From Kribbella sp. (lineage in GTDB: Bacteria > Actinomycetota > Actinomycetes > Propionibacteriales > Kribbellaceae): a DNA stretch of 64,000 nucleotides. A model generated the notes under the pieces. It was given only the letters and a program-made list of their open reading frames with translations. It was not told the origin of the DNA and searched no databases. The stretch is from the NCBI GenBank assembly GCA_035759015.1, contig DASTVQ010000068.1, positions 10,526 to 74,525 on the forward strand, read 5' to 3'. A program made the translations under genes and the position numbers. This document shows positions 27,425 to 36,831 of the stretch, in pieces; position 1 is the first letter of the stretch; each line of letters opens with the position of its first letter.

Positions 27425-28509
27425 CGGTGACCACAGCTGTGCTGCGTCCGCACGCGGAGGACGAGTACGCCGCCGAGCTGGCCATGCTCGCGGCGCACGA
27501 CGACCGGGCCCGCCCGCCCGCCTGGCGGTTGTCCCCGGCCTCGGTCGTCACCTACCTGCTCGGTGGGACCGTGGCCGACACGGTGATCACCCCCAAGTAC
27601 GTCGGCCCGCGCCGCCTGGTGGAGGTGGCCGTCGCGACCTTGGCGACGGACCGCGCGCTGCTGCTGCTCGGCGTACCGGGAACGGCGAAGACTTGGGTCA
27701 GCGAGCATCTGGCGGCGGCGATCAGCGGTGATTCGACCCTGCTGGTGCAGGGCACGGCCGGCACGGCCGAGGAGGCGATCCGCTATGGCTGGAACTACGC
27801 CCAGTTGATCGCCCAGGGCCCCAGTGAGGCGGCGCTGGTGCCCAGCCCGGTGTATCGCGCCATGGCCGACGCGAAGATCGCCCGGATCGAGGAGCTCACC
27901 CGGATGCCGTCCGACGTGCAGGACGCGCTGATCACGATCCTGTCGGAGAAGGCGCTGCCGATCGCGGAGCTCGGGTCGGAGATCCAGGCCCGCAAAGGCT
28001 TCAACGTGATCGCCACGGCGAACGACCGGGACAAGGGCATCAACGAACTGTCGAGCGCGTTGCGGCGGCGGTTCAACACGGTCGTCCTGCCGCTGCCGGA
28101 CTCCGCCGAGGACGAGGTGCGGATCGTGTCGCGCCGGGTCGCGCAGCTCGGCTCGGCGCTGGAGCTGCCCGAGTCGGACCATGCGCTCGACGAGATCCGC
28201 CGGGTCGTCACGGTGTTCCGCGAGCTGCGGGCCGGGCGGACCGAGGACGGCCGCACCGCGCTGAAGTCGCCGTCGGGCACGCTGTCGACCGCCGAGGCGA
28301 TCAGCGTCGTAACCGGTGGTCTGGCTCTGGCCGCGCACTTCGGGGACGGGGTCCTGCGCTCGTACGACGTGGCCGGCGGAATCCTGGGCGCCGTCGTCAA
28401 GGACCCGTCGGCGGATCGGGTGGTCTGGTCGGAGTACCTCGAGACGGTGGTGCGCGAGCGGGACGACTGGTCCGACTTCTACCGGGCCTGCCGGGACATC
28501 ACCGGATGA
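27421..28509 (+). CDS. MoxR-family AAA+ ATPase (YehL-like)
   Basis: Walker A GVPGTAKT, Walker B ARIEEL, IATANDRD, SSALRRRF. Confidence 0.92.
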   Translation: MTVTTAVLRPHAEDEYAAELAMLAAHDDRARPPAWRLSPASVVTYLLGGTVADTVITPKYVGPRRLVEVAVATLATDRALLLLGVPGTAKTWVSEHLAAAISGDSTLLVQGTAGTAEEAIRYGWNYAQLIAQGPSEAALVPSPVYRAMADAKIARIEELTRMPSDVQDALITILSEKALPIAELGSEIQARKGFNVIATANDRDKGINELSSALRRRFNTVVLPLPDSAEDEVRIVSRRVAQLGSALELPESDHALDEIRRVVTVFRELRAGRTEDGRTALKSPSGTLSTAEAISVVTGGLALAAHFGDGVLRSYDVAGGILGAVVKDPSADRVVWSEYLETVVRERDDWSDFYRACRDITG

Positions 28510-30683
28510 CGGTTCACCTCTTCGGCATCAGGCACCACGGCCCCGGCTCGGCCAGGGCGGTTGCTGCCGCGCTGCACGAGCTCGGTCCCGACCTGGTGCT
28601 GATCGAGGGACCACCCGAGGCGGACAAGGTGGTCGAGCTGGCGGCCGATCCTCGGATGGTGCCGCCCGTGGCGCTGCTCGCCTACGCCGTGGGCGACTCG
28701 ACCCGGGCGGCGTTCTGGCCGTTCGCCGTGTTCAGCCCCGAGTGGCAGGCGATCCGCCATGCGCTGGCCGCCGGTGTGCCGGTGCGGTTCTGCGACCTGC
28801 CGGCCGCCTACCAGTTCGGCAGCGGTGATTCCGGTGAGGACCGCGGACTGGCCGCGGATCCGCTGGCGACGCTGGCGGCGGCCGGTGGGTACGACGATCC
28901 GGAGCGCTGGTGGGACGACGTGATCGAGCACCGGCGAGACGGGGCTCCGCCCTTCACCGTGATCGCGGAGGCCATGGGCGCCCTGCGCGCCGACGAGGTT
29001 GCGAGCGGCCGGGAGGCGCAGCGCGAGGCCTACATGCGGACGACGCTGCGCAAGGCCATCCGGGAGGGCTTCGAGCGCATCGCCGTGGTCTGCGGGGCCT
29101 GGCACGTTCCGGCGCTCACCGAACCGTTGCCTCCGGCAACGCACGACCAGCGGATCCTGAAGGGACTGCCCAAGCGCAAGGTCGCCTGCACCTGGGTGCC
29201 GTGGACGCACGGCCGGCTGGCGACCGCCAGCGGCTACGGCGCGGGCGTGACCTCGCCGGGCTGGTACCACCACCTCTTCACCGCTCCCGACCAGATCACC
29301 ACTCGGTGGCTCACCGAGGTGGCTCGAGTGCTCCGCGCCGAGGACCTGCCGGTCTCCAGCGCACACGTGATCGAGGCCGTCCGACTGGCTGACACCCTGG
29401 CCGCCCTCCGGGAGCGACCGCTCGCAGGGCTCAGCGAGGTCACCGAGGCCACCCGGGCCGTGCTCTGCGGCGGCAATGACGTACTGCTCGAGCTGGTCAC
29501 TCGGGAGGCGGTCGTCGGTGAGCGTCTCGGCGCCGTACCGGCCGAGACTCCGCAGGCGCCGGTAGCGGCGGACCTTGCGGCGCAGGCCAGGCGGCTGCGA
29601 CTGAAGCGCGACGCGACCGAGCGCACGGTGGAGCTGGACCTGCGCAAGCCGAACGACCTGGACAAGTCGCGCCTGCTGCACCGGCTTGTCATCCTCGGGG
29701 TGGACTGGGGCCGGCCGGCAGTGGACGAGCGCCGCAGCCAAGGCACGTTCCGCGAGCTGTGGACGCTCAGCTGGGACCCCGGCCTGGAGGTGGACCTCGT
29801 CGCTGCCGGAGCCCACGGCACCACGGTCGCAGGCGCGGCGACCACGGTGATGCTCCGCGTCGCCGACGACTCATCGACCCTGGCCGAGATCACGGCCGCC
29901 TTGGAGCGGTCGTTGTTGGCAGACCTGGCCGGGGCGTTGCCGGAGCTGCTGAGGGGTGTGGATACGCGCGCCGCGAAAGACGCGGACGTCGGTCACCTGA
30001 TGGCCGCCCTGCCCGCACTGGCACGGTCGGCGCGGTACGGCGACGTGCGCGGCAGCGACACCGCCGGGCTGGCCGAGGTCGCGAGCCGGATGGTCGCCCG
30101 GGTCTGCGCCGGGCTCGCTCGGACGGTTCACGGCCTCGACGCCGAAGCGGCCGCGAAGGTGTTGGAGCTGATCGACGGCGTGCAGGACGCCACCACCTTG
30201 CTGGACCAAGTGGTGCGGGACGAGTGGCTGGAGACGCTGCACAGCCTGAGCGATCGCCGTTCGGTTCCGCCGCTGATCACCGGGCGGCTCACCCGGCTGA
30301 TGCTCGACGCCGAGCGGCTCGCGAGCGCGGAGGTGACCCTGCGGCTCGGCCGTGCCCTGACACCGGGTACGCCGATGGCCGATGCCGCCGCCTACGTCGA
30401 GGGGTTCCTGACCGGTGGCGGTCTGCTGCTGGTGCATGACGAACGCCTGCTGCAGCTGGTCGACACCTGGCTGAGCGGAATCCGCGATGACGCGTTTCTC
30501 GAGGTGTTGCCGCTGCTGCGACGAACCTTCGGGACGTTCGCCTCCCCGGAGCGCAGGTTGATCGGCGATCGCGCCCGGGTGCTGCGCGACCCCGCTGCCC
30601 GAGCGGTGGTGCAGGAGACCGAGCTTGACGTGGACCGTGCGACGACCGTGCTGCCGGTCGTCGCGCGGTTGCTGGGGGTGTGA
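28506..30683 (+). CDS. DUF5682-like (YehM-like) protein
   Basis: GIRHHGPGSA, VLIEGPPE, FSPEWQA, REAYMR, VVCGAWH, SGYGAGVTSPGWY. Confidence 0.85.
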   Translation: MTVHLFGIRHHGPGSARAVAAALHELGPDLVLIEGPPEADKVVELAADPRMVPPVALLAYAVGDSTRAAFWPFAVFSPEWQAIRHALAAGVPVRFCDLPAAYQFGSGDSGEDRGLAADPLATLAAAGGYDDPERWWDDVIEHRRDGAPPFTVIAEAMGALRADEVASGREAQREAYMRTTLRKAIREGFERIAVVCGAWHVPALTEPLPPATHDQRILKGLPKRKVACTWVPWTHGRLATASGYGAGVTSPGWYHHLFTAPDQITTRWLTEVARVLRAEDLPVSSAHVIEAVRLADTLAALRERPLAGLSEVTEATRAVLCGGNDVLLELVTREAVVGERLGAVPAETPQAPVAADLAAQARRLRLKRDATERTVELDLRKPNDLDKSRLLHRLVILGVDWGRPAVDERRSQGTFRELWTLSWDPGLEVDLVAAGAHGTTVAGAATTVMLRVADDSSTLAEITAALERSLLADLAGALPELLRGVDTRAAKDADVGHLMAALPALARSARYGDVRGSDTAGLAEVASRMVARVCAGLARTVHGLDAEAAAKVLELIDGVQDATTLLDQVVRDEWLETLHSLSDRRSVPPLITGRLTRLMLDAERLASAEVTLRLGRALTPGTPMADAAAYVEGFLTGGGLLLVHDERLLQLVDTWLSGIRDDAFLEVLPLLRRTFGTFASPERRLIGDRARVLRDPAARAVVQETELDVDRATTVLPVVARLLGV

Positions 30684-30684
30684 G

Positions 30685-31836
30685 GTGGACGACGAACGCC
30701 TCCGGCGCTGGCGGTTGGTGCTCGGCAGTGAGGCCGATCCCGAGACCGGCCTGACGCTGTCCGTCGCGGACAAGTCGGTGGATGCCGCGCTCTCAGCCCT
30801 GTACGACGCCGAGCCGGGGGAGGCCGGCACGAAGCGCTCGGCCGGGCTCGGGTCTTCCGCACCGCGGGTCGCGCGCTGGCTCGGCGACATCCGCCGGTAC
30901 TTCCCGAGCACCGTGGTCCAGGTGATGCAACGCGACGCGGTCGACCGGCTCGGCATCACCCGGCTGCTGATGGAACCCGAGCTGCTCGGCGCGGTGGAGC
31001 CTGACGTACACCTCGTCGGCACCCTGCTCGCGCTCAACGAGGTGATGCCCGAGGAGACCAAGCAGACCGCGCGTGAGGTCGTCCGCCGAGTGGTCGCGGA
31101 CCTGGAGGAACGCCTGGCGGATCGCACCCGTGCGGCCGTGACCGGTGCCCTCGATCGAGCCGGGCGTACTGGTCGGCCCCGTCATGCCGACATCGACTGG
31201 GATCGGACCATCCGGGCCAACCTGAAGCACTACTCGCCCGCGCTCGGCACGATCGTGCCGGAGCGGCTGGTCGGTTATGCCCGGCGGAATCACAGCATCC
31301 AGCGCGACGTCGTGCTGGCGATCGACCAGTCCGCCTCGATGGCCGAATCAGTGGTCTACGCGAGCCTCTTCGGCGCAGTACTGGGCTCGCTGCGTGCGCT
31401 GCGTACCAGCTTGGTCGTGTTCGACACGGCCGTGGTGGACCTGACCGACCAGCTCGACGACCCGGTGGACGTGCTCTTCGGCACCCAGCTCGGCGGTGGG
31501 ACGGACATCAACCGTGCTCTGGCCTACTGCGAAGAGCTGATCACCCGGCCGTCCGAGACCGTCATGGTGCTGATCAGCGACCTGTACGAGGGAGGTGTCC
31601 GCGAGGACCTGCTCCGCCGGGCCCGGTCGCTGGTCGGGTCCGGGGTCCAGCTGGTGGCGTTGCTGGCGCTCAGCGATTCCGGCACACCGTCGTACGACGC
31701 GGACAACGCGGCGGCGCTGACCGAGCTCGGCGTACCGGCGTTCGCCTGCACGCCCGACCTGTTCCCCGACCTGCTGGCCGCCGCGATCCGCCGCGACGAC
31801 CTCGAGGCCTGGGCCGCGACCAACCTCACCGGCTGA
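30685..31836 (+). CDS. VWA domain protein (CoxE/YehP-like)
   Basis: ERLRRWRLVLG N-terminus; MIDAS DQSASM, GGTDI, ISDLYE. Confidence 0.92.
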   Translation: MDDERLRRWRLVLGSEADPETGLTLSVADKSVDAALSALYDAEPGEAGTKRSAGLGSSAPRVARWLGDIRRYFPSTVVQVMQRDAVDRLGITRLLMEPELLGAVEPDVHLVGTLLALNEVMPEETKQTAREVVRRVVADLEERLADRTRAAVTGALDRAGRTGRPRHADIDWDRTIRANLKHYSPALGTIVPERLVGYARRNHSIQRDVVLAIDQSASMAESVVYASLFGAVLGSLRALRTSLVVFDTAVVDLTDQLDDPVDVLFGTQLGGGTDINRALAYCEELITRPSETVMVLISDLYEGGVREDLLRRARSLVGSGVQLVALLALSDSGTPSYDADNAAALTELGVPAFACTPDLFPDLLAAAIRRDDLEAWAATNLTG

Positions 31837-31910
31837 CTTCTCCGGCGTGGGGGACATGCTGTCCGAGCACGGCCGCGACCTCCTTCGGCCGACGTTGAGC
31901 GGGGTCGGGG

Positions 31911-32252
31911 TCAGCCGGCGATCTCGAAGATGTCGATCTCGGTACCGGGGTCGGCCTCCGCGAAGCGCAGTGCCCAGCGGACCGCCTCGGCCTTGGAGGC
32001 GACCTGGATCATCGAGACGCCGGCCACCAGCTCCTTGGTCTCGGCGAACGGCCCGTCGGTCACGCGAGGCTTTCCCTCCGGAAAGGTGATTCGGGAGCCA
32101 CGCGAGCTCGGCATCAGGCCCTCGGCGGTCAGCAGGACGCCGGCCTGGCGCATCTCCTCCAGCACCTGGTCGGCCCGAGCCAGCATCTCGGCGTCCGGCG
32201 GCAGTCCGGCCTCGAGCTTCTCGTTCGTCTTGTGCAGCAGCATGTAGCGCAT
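31911..32252 (-). CDS. YciI/DGPF family protein
   Basis: VTDGPFAETKELVAG signature. Confidence 0.93.
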   Translation of the reverse strand: MRYMLLHKTNEKLEAGLPPDAEMLARADQVLEEMRQAGVLLTAEGLMPSSRGSRITFPEGKPRVTDGPFAETKELVAGVSMIQVASKAEAVRWALRFAEADPGTEIDIFEIAG

Positions 32253-32345
32253 CGGCTCCGCTCCCTCTCATCGCGTTGGTCCGACCGTAACCACTCGACA
32301 GGCCTCATGGTGACCACGGACGCCGGACACCGATCAAGGTGAGGA

Positions 32346-32798
32346 TCAGCGGGCTACGTCGCCCCGCCAGGCGCCGGTCTCGTTGCCACGCTGCTCGATG
32401 AAGGTCTTGAAGCGCTGCAGGTCGCCCTTCACCCGGCCCTCGACCACGCCGAGCTTGTCGCCGACGTTCTCAAGGAACCCCTCGGGGTCGATCTCCAGCT
32501 GCGCCGTGACCCGCGTGAGGCTGTCGTCCAGCTTGTGGAAGGTGATCACACCCGCGTGGCGCGGGCCGGAGTCGGACCTCCAGGCCACCCGTTCGTCCGG
32601 GTGCTGCTCGGTGATGGTGGCGTCGAACTCGCGCGTCGCACCGCCCACCTTCGTCACCCAGTGGGTGTGGATGTCGTCCAGCTGCCGGATCTCCTCGACT
32701 CCCTCCATGAACTGCGGGAAGGACTCGAACTGGGTCCACTGGTTGTAGGCGGTCGTGACCGGGACCTCGACGTCCACGGATTGGGTGATGGCACTCAT
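32346..32798 (-). CDS. SRPBCC/cyclase family protein
   Basis: AYNQWTQFESFPQFMEGV, GNETGAWRG; GAGGAGG RBS; GGGT-N15-GGGTAC at 32835-32859. Confidence 0.92.
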   Translation of the reverse strand: MSAITQSVDVEVPVTTAYNQWTQFESFPQFMEGVEEIRQLDDIHTHWVTKVGGATREFDATITEQHPDERVAWRSDSGPRHAGVITFHKLDDSLTRVTAQLEIDPEGFLENVGDKLGVVEGRVKGDLQRFKTFIEQRGNETGAWRGDVAR

Positions 32799-32929
32799 GG
32801 ATTGCCTCCTCGATCGTCTACTGTCTCCCGCCTGGTACCCGACCGGCTGGAGTTGACCCGGGATCGCGGGGCCACGGAGTGGACACGCCGGAGGGGCATA
32901 CTCGGGGACTGACGAGCAAAGGGGCGGAC

Positions 32930-33535
32930 ATGAGCGTTGCGGAGCGGTACCGGAGGCGGGCAGCTGCGTTCGAGGCCAAGGTCGCGGCCGTGGCGCCGGA
33001 GCAGTGGGGCGACCAGTCGCCATGTGCGAAGTGGAGCGCGCGGGACGTGGTCGATCACATCGTGATGATGCACGGCGCCATGCTGGGGCCGGTGAACCGC
33101 TCGCTCGACCCGGAGCCGACGGTGCAGGACGACCCGCTCGGCGCGTTCCGGGCCGCTCGCGCGGCCGTGGAGGCAGTGCTCGACGACCCCGCGCTGGCCG
33201 ACACCTTGTGCGACACGCCGAGCGGACGGATGACGGCCGCCGACCACATCGATCGGGTCGTCAGCGACGATCTCGTGCTGCACGGGTGGGATCTGGCCCG
33301 AGCCACCGGGCAGGACGAGAGGATGGATCCCGAGGACGTCGCCGCGCTGTGGGCGAGCACCTCGGCGGTGCCGGCCGACCTGATGGAGAAGTTCCGTACG
33401 CCGGACGCCTTCGGGCCCGGGATCGAGGTGTTCGGCCCGGAGGTGAAGGTTCCCGACGATGCACCACTGCAGGATCGGCTGCTCGGGCTGATCGGCCGGG
33501 ACCCCCGTCGCCCCCACCCGACCGCGGAAGACTAG
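32930..33535 (+). CDS. TIGR03086-like metal-binding (MDMPI/DinB superfamily) protein
   Basis: SPCAKWSARDVVDH, DLVLHGWDLARATGQ, DRLLGLIGRDP. Confidence 0.88.
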   Translation: MSVAERYRRRAAAFEAKVAAVAPEQWGDQSPCAKWSARDVVDHIVMMHGAMLGPVNRSLDPEPTVQDDPLGAFRAARAAVEAVLDDPALADTLCDTPSGRMTAADHIDRVVSDDLVLHGWDLARATGQDERMDPEDVAALWASTSAVPADLMEKFRTPDAFGPGIEVFGPEVKVPDDAPLQDRLLGLIGRDPRRPHPTAED

Positions 33536-34863
33536 AGCACCTCGTCCAGCCGGTCCGGCGCGTAGTAGGCGCCGCTGTCGCCGCAAATCGGTGCCGAGGG
33601 CAACTGTTTGGCGAGGTCCGCGCCATCCTGGACGAGGATGGCGTCGCCTCGTTGCACCACCGGCTCCAGGTACTCCCACCCCGGCAGCCTGGCGACAACG
33701 GTCCGGCAGCCGAGCACCATGCCCTCGAAGAGCGCGGTGGTTGCCACCCCGACCTGGTACGTCGCCGACGCCAGGAGTTGCTGCGTGGGCTCAGCCGGTC
33801 CCGAGGAGAGCCGGACCGAGCCTTCGACCAGGCCCTGGTAGTCGGCCGGGTGCTCGCTCGGGTGCAAGCGGAACACGACGTCGAGGTCAGGCCGTCGCCC
33901 GGCGAGGTCCAGCGCGACCTTCAGGAGTCGGGGCCCGATCGTGCCCTGCGAGGCGAAGATGACGCGCTGCGGGTCCTTCGCCGCGATCTCCTGCGGCGAC
34001 AGCGGGTGGATGAAGGGTGCGCCGGTCACCTCTGAGCGCATCCCGGCGGGCAGTTCGACCGACTCGGTCCAGTAGGAACCGAAGCACCACAGCTCATCCG
34101 GCTGGTCCGCCACCGCCGGCCGACCGGGGTAGCTGTAACCCAGGTGGTACGGGCTGATGGCACCATGCTGCAGCTCGACGACGCGGATGCCGAGATCCCG
34201 CGCGGCGCCGACGATGTGCTGATGGAAGTACGCCACGACGACGTACACGGTCTTGATCCGCTGACGCTTCAGCAGCGCGCGGTACAGCCGGCGAAGCCTG
34301 AGGTGCTTGGGAAGTTCACGCGCGACGAGCCCTTCGACGGGCACCCTGACGCCGGTCCGCGCCTCGAGGTCGGCGGCGATCGATCGGGACTCCTCGACCG
34401 CGGAGCTGCGCTTGAGAGCCCCGGCTGCCGACACGAAGAAGTCCAGATCGCGGCTGCCCGGCAACGGAGTGCCGTTGATGCCGGAGTCGATGACCAGGGC
34501 CGAGTCGCCGAGCATCGCCCGTAGCCGGTCCGTATAGATCTCCACCCCGCCGGGCTTGCGAGGGTGCGGCACCACCAGGGCCTCGAAGGGGCCCCGGGCG
34601 AGGAACGGGTTCCGTCGTATGGTGCCCGCCAGGTGGCGGCCGACCAGCCTCGCCTTGCCGGCCGTCGTACGGCGGATCGGATGGGGGTCGCCGTGGATCC
34701 CGGCACGCTTGCTCAGCTCATGGAAGACGCGCATCCGGATGATCGGCCAGGGGTGCACGCCCTGGATCTGCCAGGTCAGGAGCTCCCGCTCCCGTTCCAC
34801 CTGCCAGATCGCCTGGCAGAGCGTCGCCACCGTCAGGTCGGTGCCGCTCCCGGTACTCGTCAT
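33532..34863 (-). CDS. Putative GT-B fold glycosyltransferase-like surface-polysaccharide protein
   Basis: VVELQHGAI, PDELWCFGSYW, IFASQG, FRLHPSE, ATTALFEG. Confidence 0.6.
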   Translation of the reverse strand: MTSTGSGTDLTVATLCQAIWQVERERELLTWQIQGVHPWPIIRMRVFHELSKRAGIHGDPHPIRRTTAGKARLVGRHLAGTIRRNPFLARGPFEALVVPHPRKPGGVEIYTDRLRAMLGDSALVIDSGINGTPLPGSRDLDFFVSAAGALKRSSAVEESRSIAADLEARTGVRVPVEGLVARELPKHLRLRRLYRALLKRQRIKTVYVVVAYFHQHIVGAARDLGIRVVELQHGAISPYHLGYSYPGRPAVADQPDELWCFGSYWTESVELPAGMRSEVTGAPFIHPLSPQEIAAKDPQRVIFASQGTIGPRLLKVALDLAGRRPDLDVVFRLHPSEHPADYQGLVEGSVRLSSGPAEPTQQLLASATYQVGVATTALFEGMVLGCRTVVARLPGWEYLEPVVQRGDAILVQDGADLAKQLPSAPICGDSGAYYAPDRLDEVL

Positions 34864-35800
34864 GGTTGATCCCTACTATGCCCGCCAGGCTGCCGATGCC
34901 CGAGAAGAAGCGGCGGAGTCCCTTCAGGAGATAGGGCTTCCGGGCCAGCACCAGGCCGGCCAGCCCGTAGCCGACGGCTGATGCGACCCGCGCCAGAGCA
35001 TAGGCCAGGACCTGCAGGTAGCTGAGCACGCCCGGCCGGATCAGCAGCCGGCTGATGGTGTCACCACTGCCCGAGCGGAAGGCGCGCCGCATCAGCCAGC
35101 GCAGCGTCGTTCGCGCGGGCGGGACGTCCTCCTGGATCCGGGCCTCCTCGCACCAGACGATCCGGAAGCCGGCCCGATGGACCCGCAGGAAGAAGTGCAG
35201 ATCGCTGGAGCCCGTGTACCGAAACGCAGGGTGAAAGGCCGGCGTCACGGTGCGATACACGTGCCGGGCCACCAGGGTGTTGTTGGTGTAGGCCTTGTTG
35301 ACCACGTCGCCGGTGCGGTGCCTGCCCGTCGAGTCGTGTACGTCGCTGTGCCGGTTCCAGGCGGGCGCATCCGCCGGCAGGAGGCCCAGGACGGGCCCCG
35401 TCACCACGTCGGCGCCGGTGCGCTGCCAGCAGGCCAGGAGGGTCGCGAGCCACCCGGGCGGAGCCACCTCGTCGTCGTCGACGAAGATCAGCGCGTCGTC
35501 GTCCCAGGCGAGCCGGACCGACCTCTCCCGCGCGAACGGGATGCCGGGCTCGGGCTCGACCGCCGACTCGATCGGGTAGCGCCCTTTCTCGGCCGCCGCC
35601 GCGATCACTTCGGCCGCGGAGCCCTCCGCGTCGTTGTCCACCACCACGATCCGCACCGCGCAGGGCTGGTCCTCGGGCAGTTCCTGCGCCTGCAGGCTGT
35701 CGAGGAGGTCCTTCAGCAGTTCGGGTCGCCGGAAGGTGATGACCGCGATGGCGACGCTGGGCGCGTCGGCCCCGGAGCTCTCAGCGGAAGGCGTCGGCAT
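34718..35800 (-). CDS. Glycosyltransferase family 2
   Basis: AVITFRRPELL, IVVVDND, IFVDDDE (DxD), GSSDLHFF. Confidence 0.9.
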   Translation of the reverse strand: MPTPSAESSGADAPSVAIAVITFRRPELLKDLLDSLQAQELPEDQPCAVRIVVVDNDAEGSAAEVIAAAAEKGRYPIESAVEPEPGIPFARERSVRLAWDDDALIFVDDDEVAPPGWLATLLACWQRTGADVVTGPVLGLLPADAPAWNRHSDVHDSTGRHRTGDVVNKAYTNNTLVARHVYRTVTPAFHPAFRYTGSSDLHFFLRVHRAGFRIVWCEEARIQEDVPPARTTLRWLMRRAFRSGSGDTISRLLIRPGVLSYLQVLAYALARVASAVGYGLAGLVLARKPYLLKGLRRFFSGIGSLAGIVGINHDEYRERHRPDGGDALPGDLAGGTGAGAPDLADPGRAPLADHPDARLP

Positions 35801-36194
35801 TGGCAGCGGTCCATTGCTCGAAGGTACGCGCCGGGTGCCCGGTCACGTTCTCGACGGTATCCGTCACCGAAGTCTCGTCGACGGGGCCGTCTGCGAAGAA
35901 GCTCTCGAAGGCCGCCGCGTGCGCCGCCGGCGGCGACGCGAACAGCTCCTCGTGGGTCTCCGCTCGAATCATGCCGACCGAGCGTAGCGGCCGACCGAGC
36001 GCCCGAGCCAGGACCTCCACCTGCTGGGGCGGGGTGAGCACCTCCGGGCCGGTCAGCCGGTAGGCCTGACCCTCGTGCCCGTCCGCGGTGAACGCTCGGA
36101 CGGCGATGTCTGCGACGTCGGCGATGTCGGTCTGCGCCAGGGCTCGCACCAAGGCGCTGCCGACGTTGCCCGTCGCTCCGGTCACCAGAATCAC
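35781..36194 (-). pseudogene. NmrA-like NAD(P)H-binding protein with large in-frame internal deletion
   Basis: ILVTGATGNVG joined almost directly to DIADVA...YRLTGPE...GHPARTFEQW; only 137 aa. Confidence 0.75.
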
Positions 36195-36228
36195 GGTCGA
36201 ATCCTCTCATCGCGACGCAAGTCCATGG

Positions 36229-36250
36229 CTGTACCTATGAGTTGGTACAG
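36229..36250. promoter_or_regulatory. Probable TetR operator
   Basis: CTGTACC-N8-GGTACAG dyad between divergent genes, overlapping TACAGT -10 of the TetR gene. Confidence 0.7.
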
Positions 36251-36258
36251 TCATTGGC

Positions 36259-36822
36259 GTGGAGGCGGCGGAGCGACTGATCCGGAGCGCCCAGGAACTG
36301 CTCTGGGAGCGCGGTTACGTCGGCAGCAGCCCGAAGGCGATCCAGCTCGCGGCTGGGGCCGGCCAGGGCAGCATGTACCACCACTTCAGCGGCAAGGCCG
36401 ACCTCGCCCTGACCGCGATCGAGCGCTCGGCGGCGGAGCTGCGAGCGGCCGCGGAGGAGCAGTTCACCGCCGCCGGCACCGCGACCGAGCGGGTCACCGG
36501 GTACCTGGAGCGCGACCGCGAGGTCCTCAAGGGGTGCCGGATCGGCCGGCTCACCACCGATCCGGAGGTGATGGCCGACCCGGACCTGCGGGCGCCGGTC
36601 GACGAGACCTTCCGCTGGCTCCGGCAGCGCCTCGCCGAAGTGATTGCCGAGGGCAAGCAGACCGGCGAGTATCCCGCGCGCCTCGATCCCGAGGAGGTGG
36701 CCGCGACCATCGCGGCGGTGCTCCAGGGCGGCTACGTGCTCGCCCGCGCGGCGAACTCCGTGGAGCCGTTCGACCAGGCCGTCCACGGACTGACCAGCCT
36801 GCTGTCCCAAGCCACCGAGTGA
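36259..36822 (+). CDS. TetR family regulator
   Basis: LLWERGYVGSSPKAIQLAAGAGQGSMYHHFSGK HTH; GCRIG. Confidence 0.93.
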   Translation: MEAAERLIRSAQELLWERGYVGSSPKAIQLAAGAGQGSMYHHFSGKADLALTAIERSAAELRAAAEEQFTAAGTATERVTGYLERDREVLKGCRIGRLTTDPEVMADPDLRAPVDETFRWLRQRLAEVIAEGKQTGEYPARLDPEEVAATIAAVLQGGYVLARAANSVEPFDQAVHGLTSLLSQATE

Positions 36823-36831
36823 GGAGCGCGG

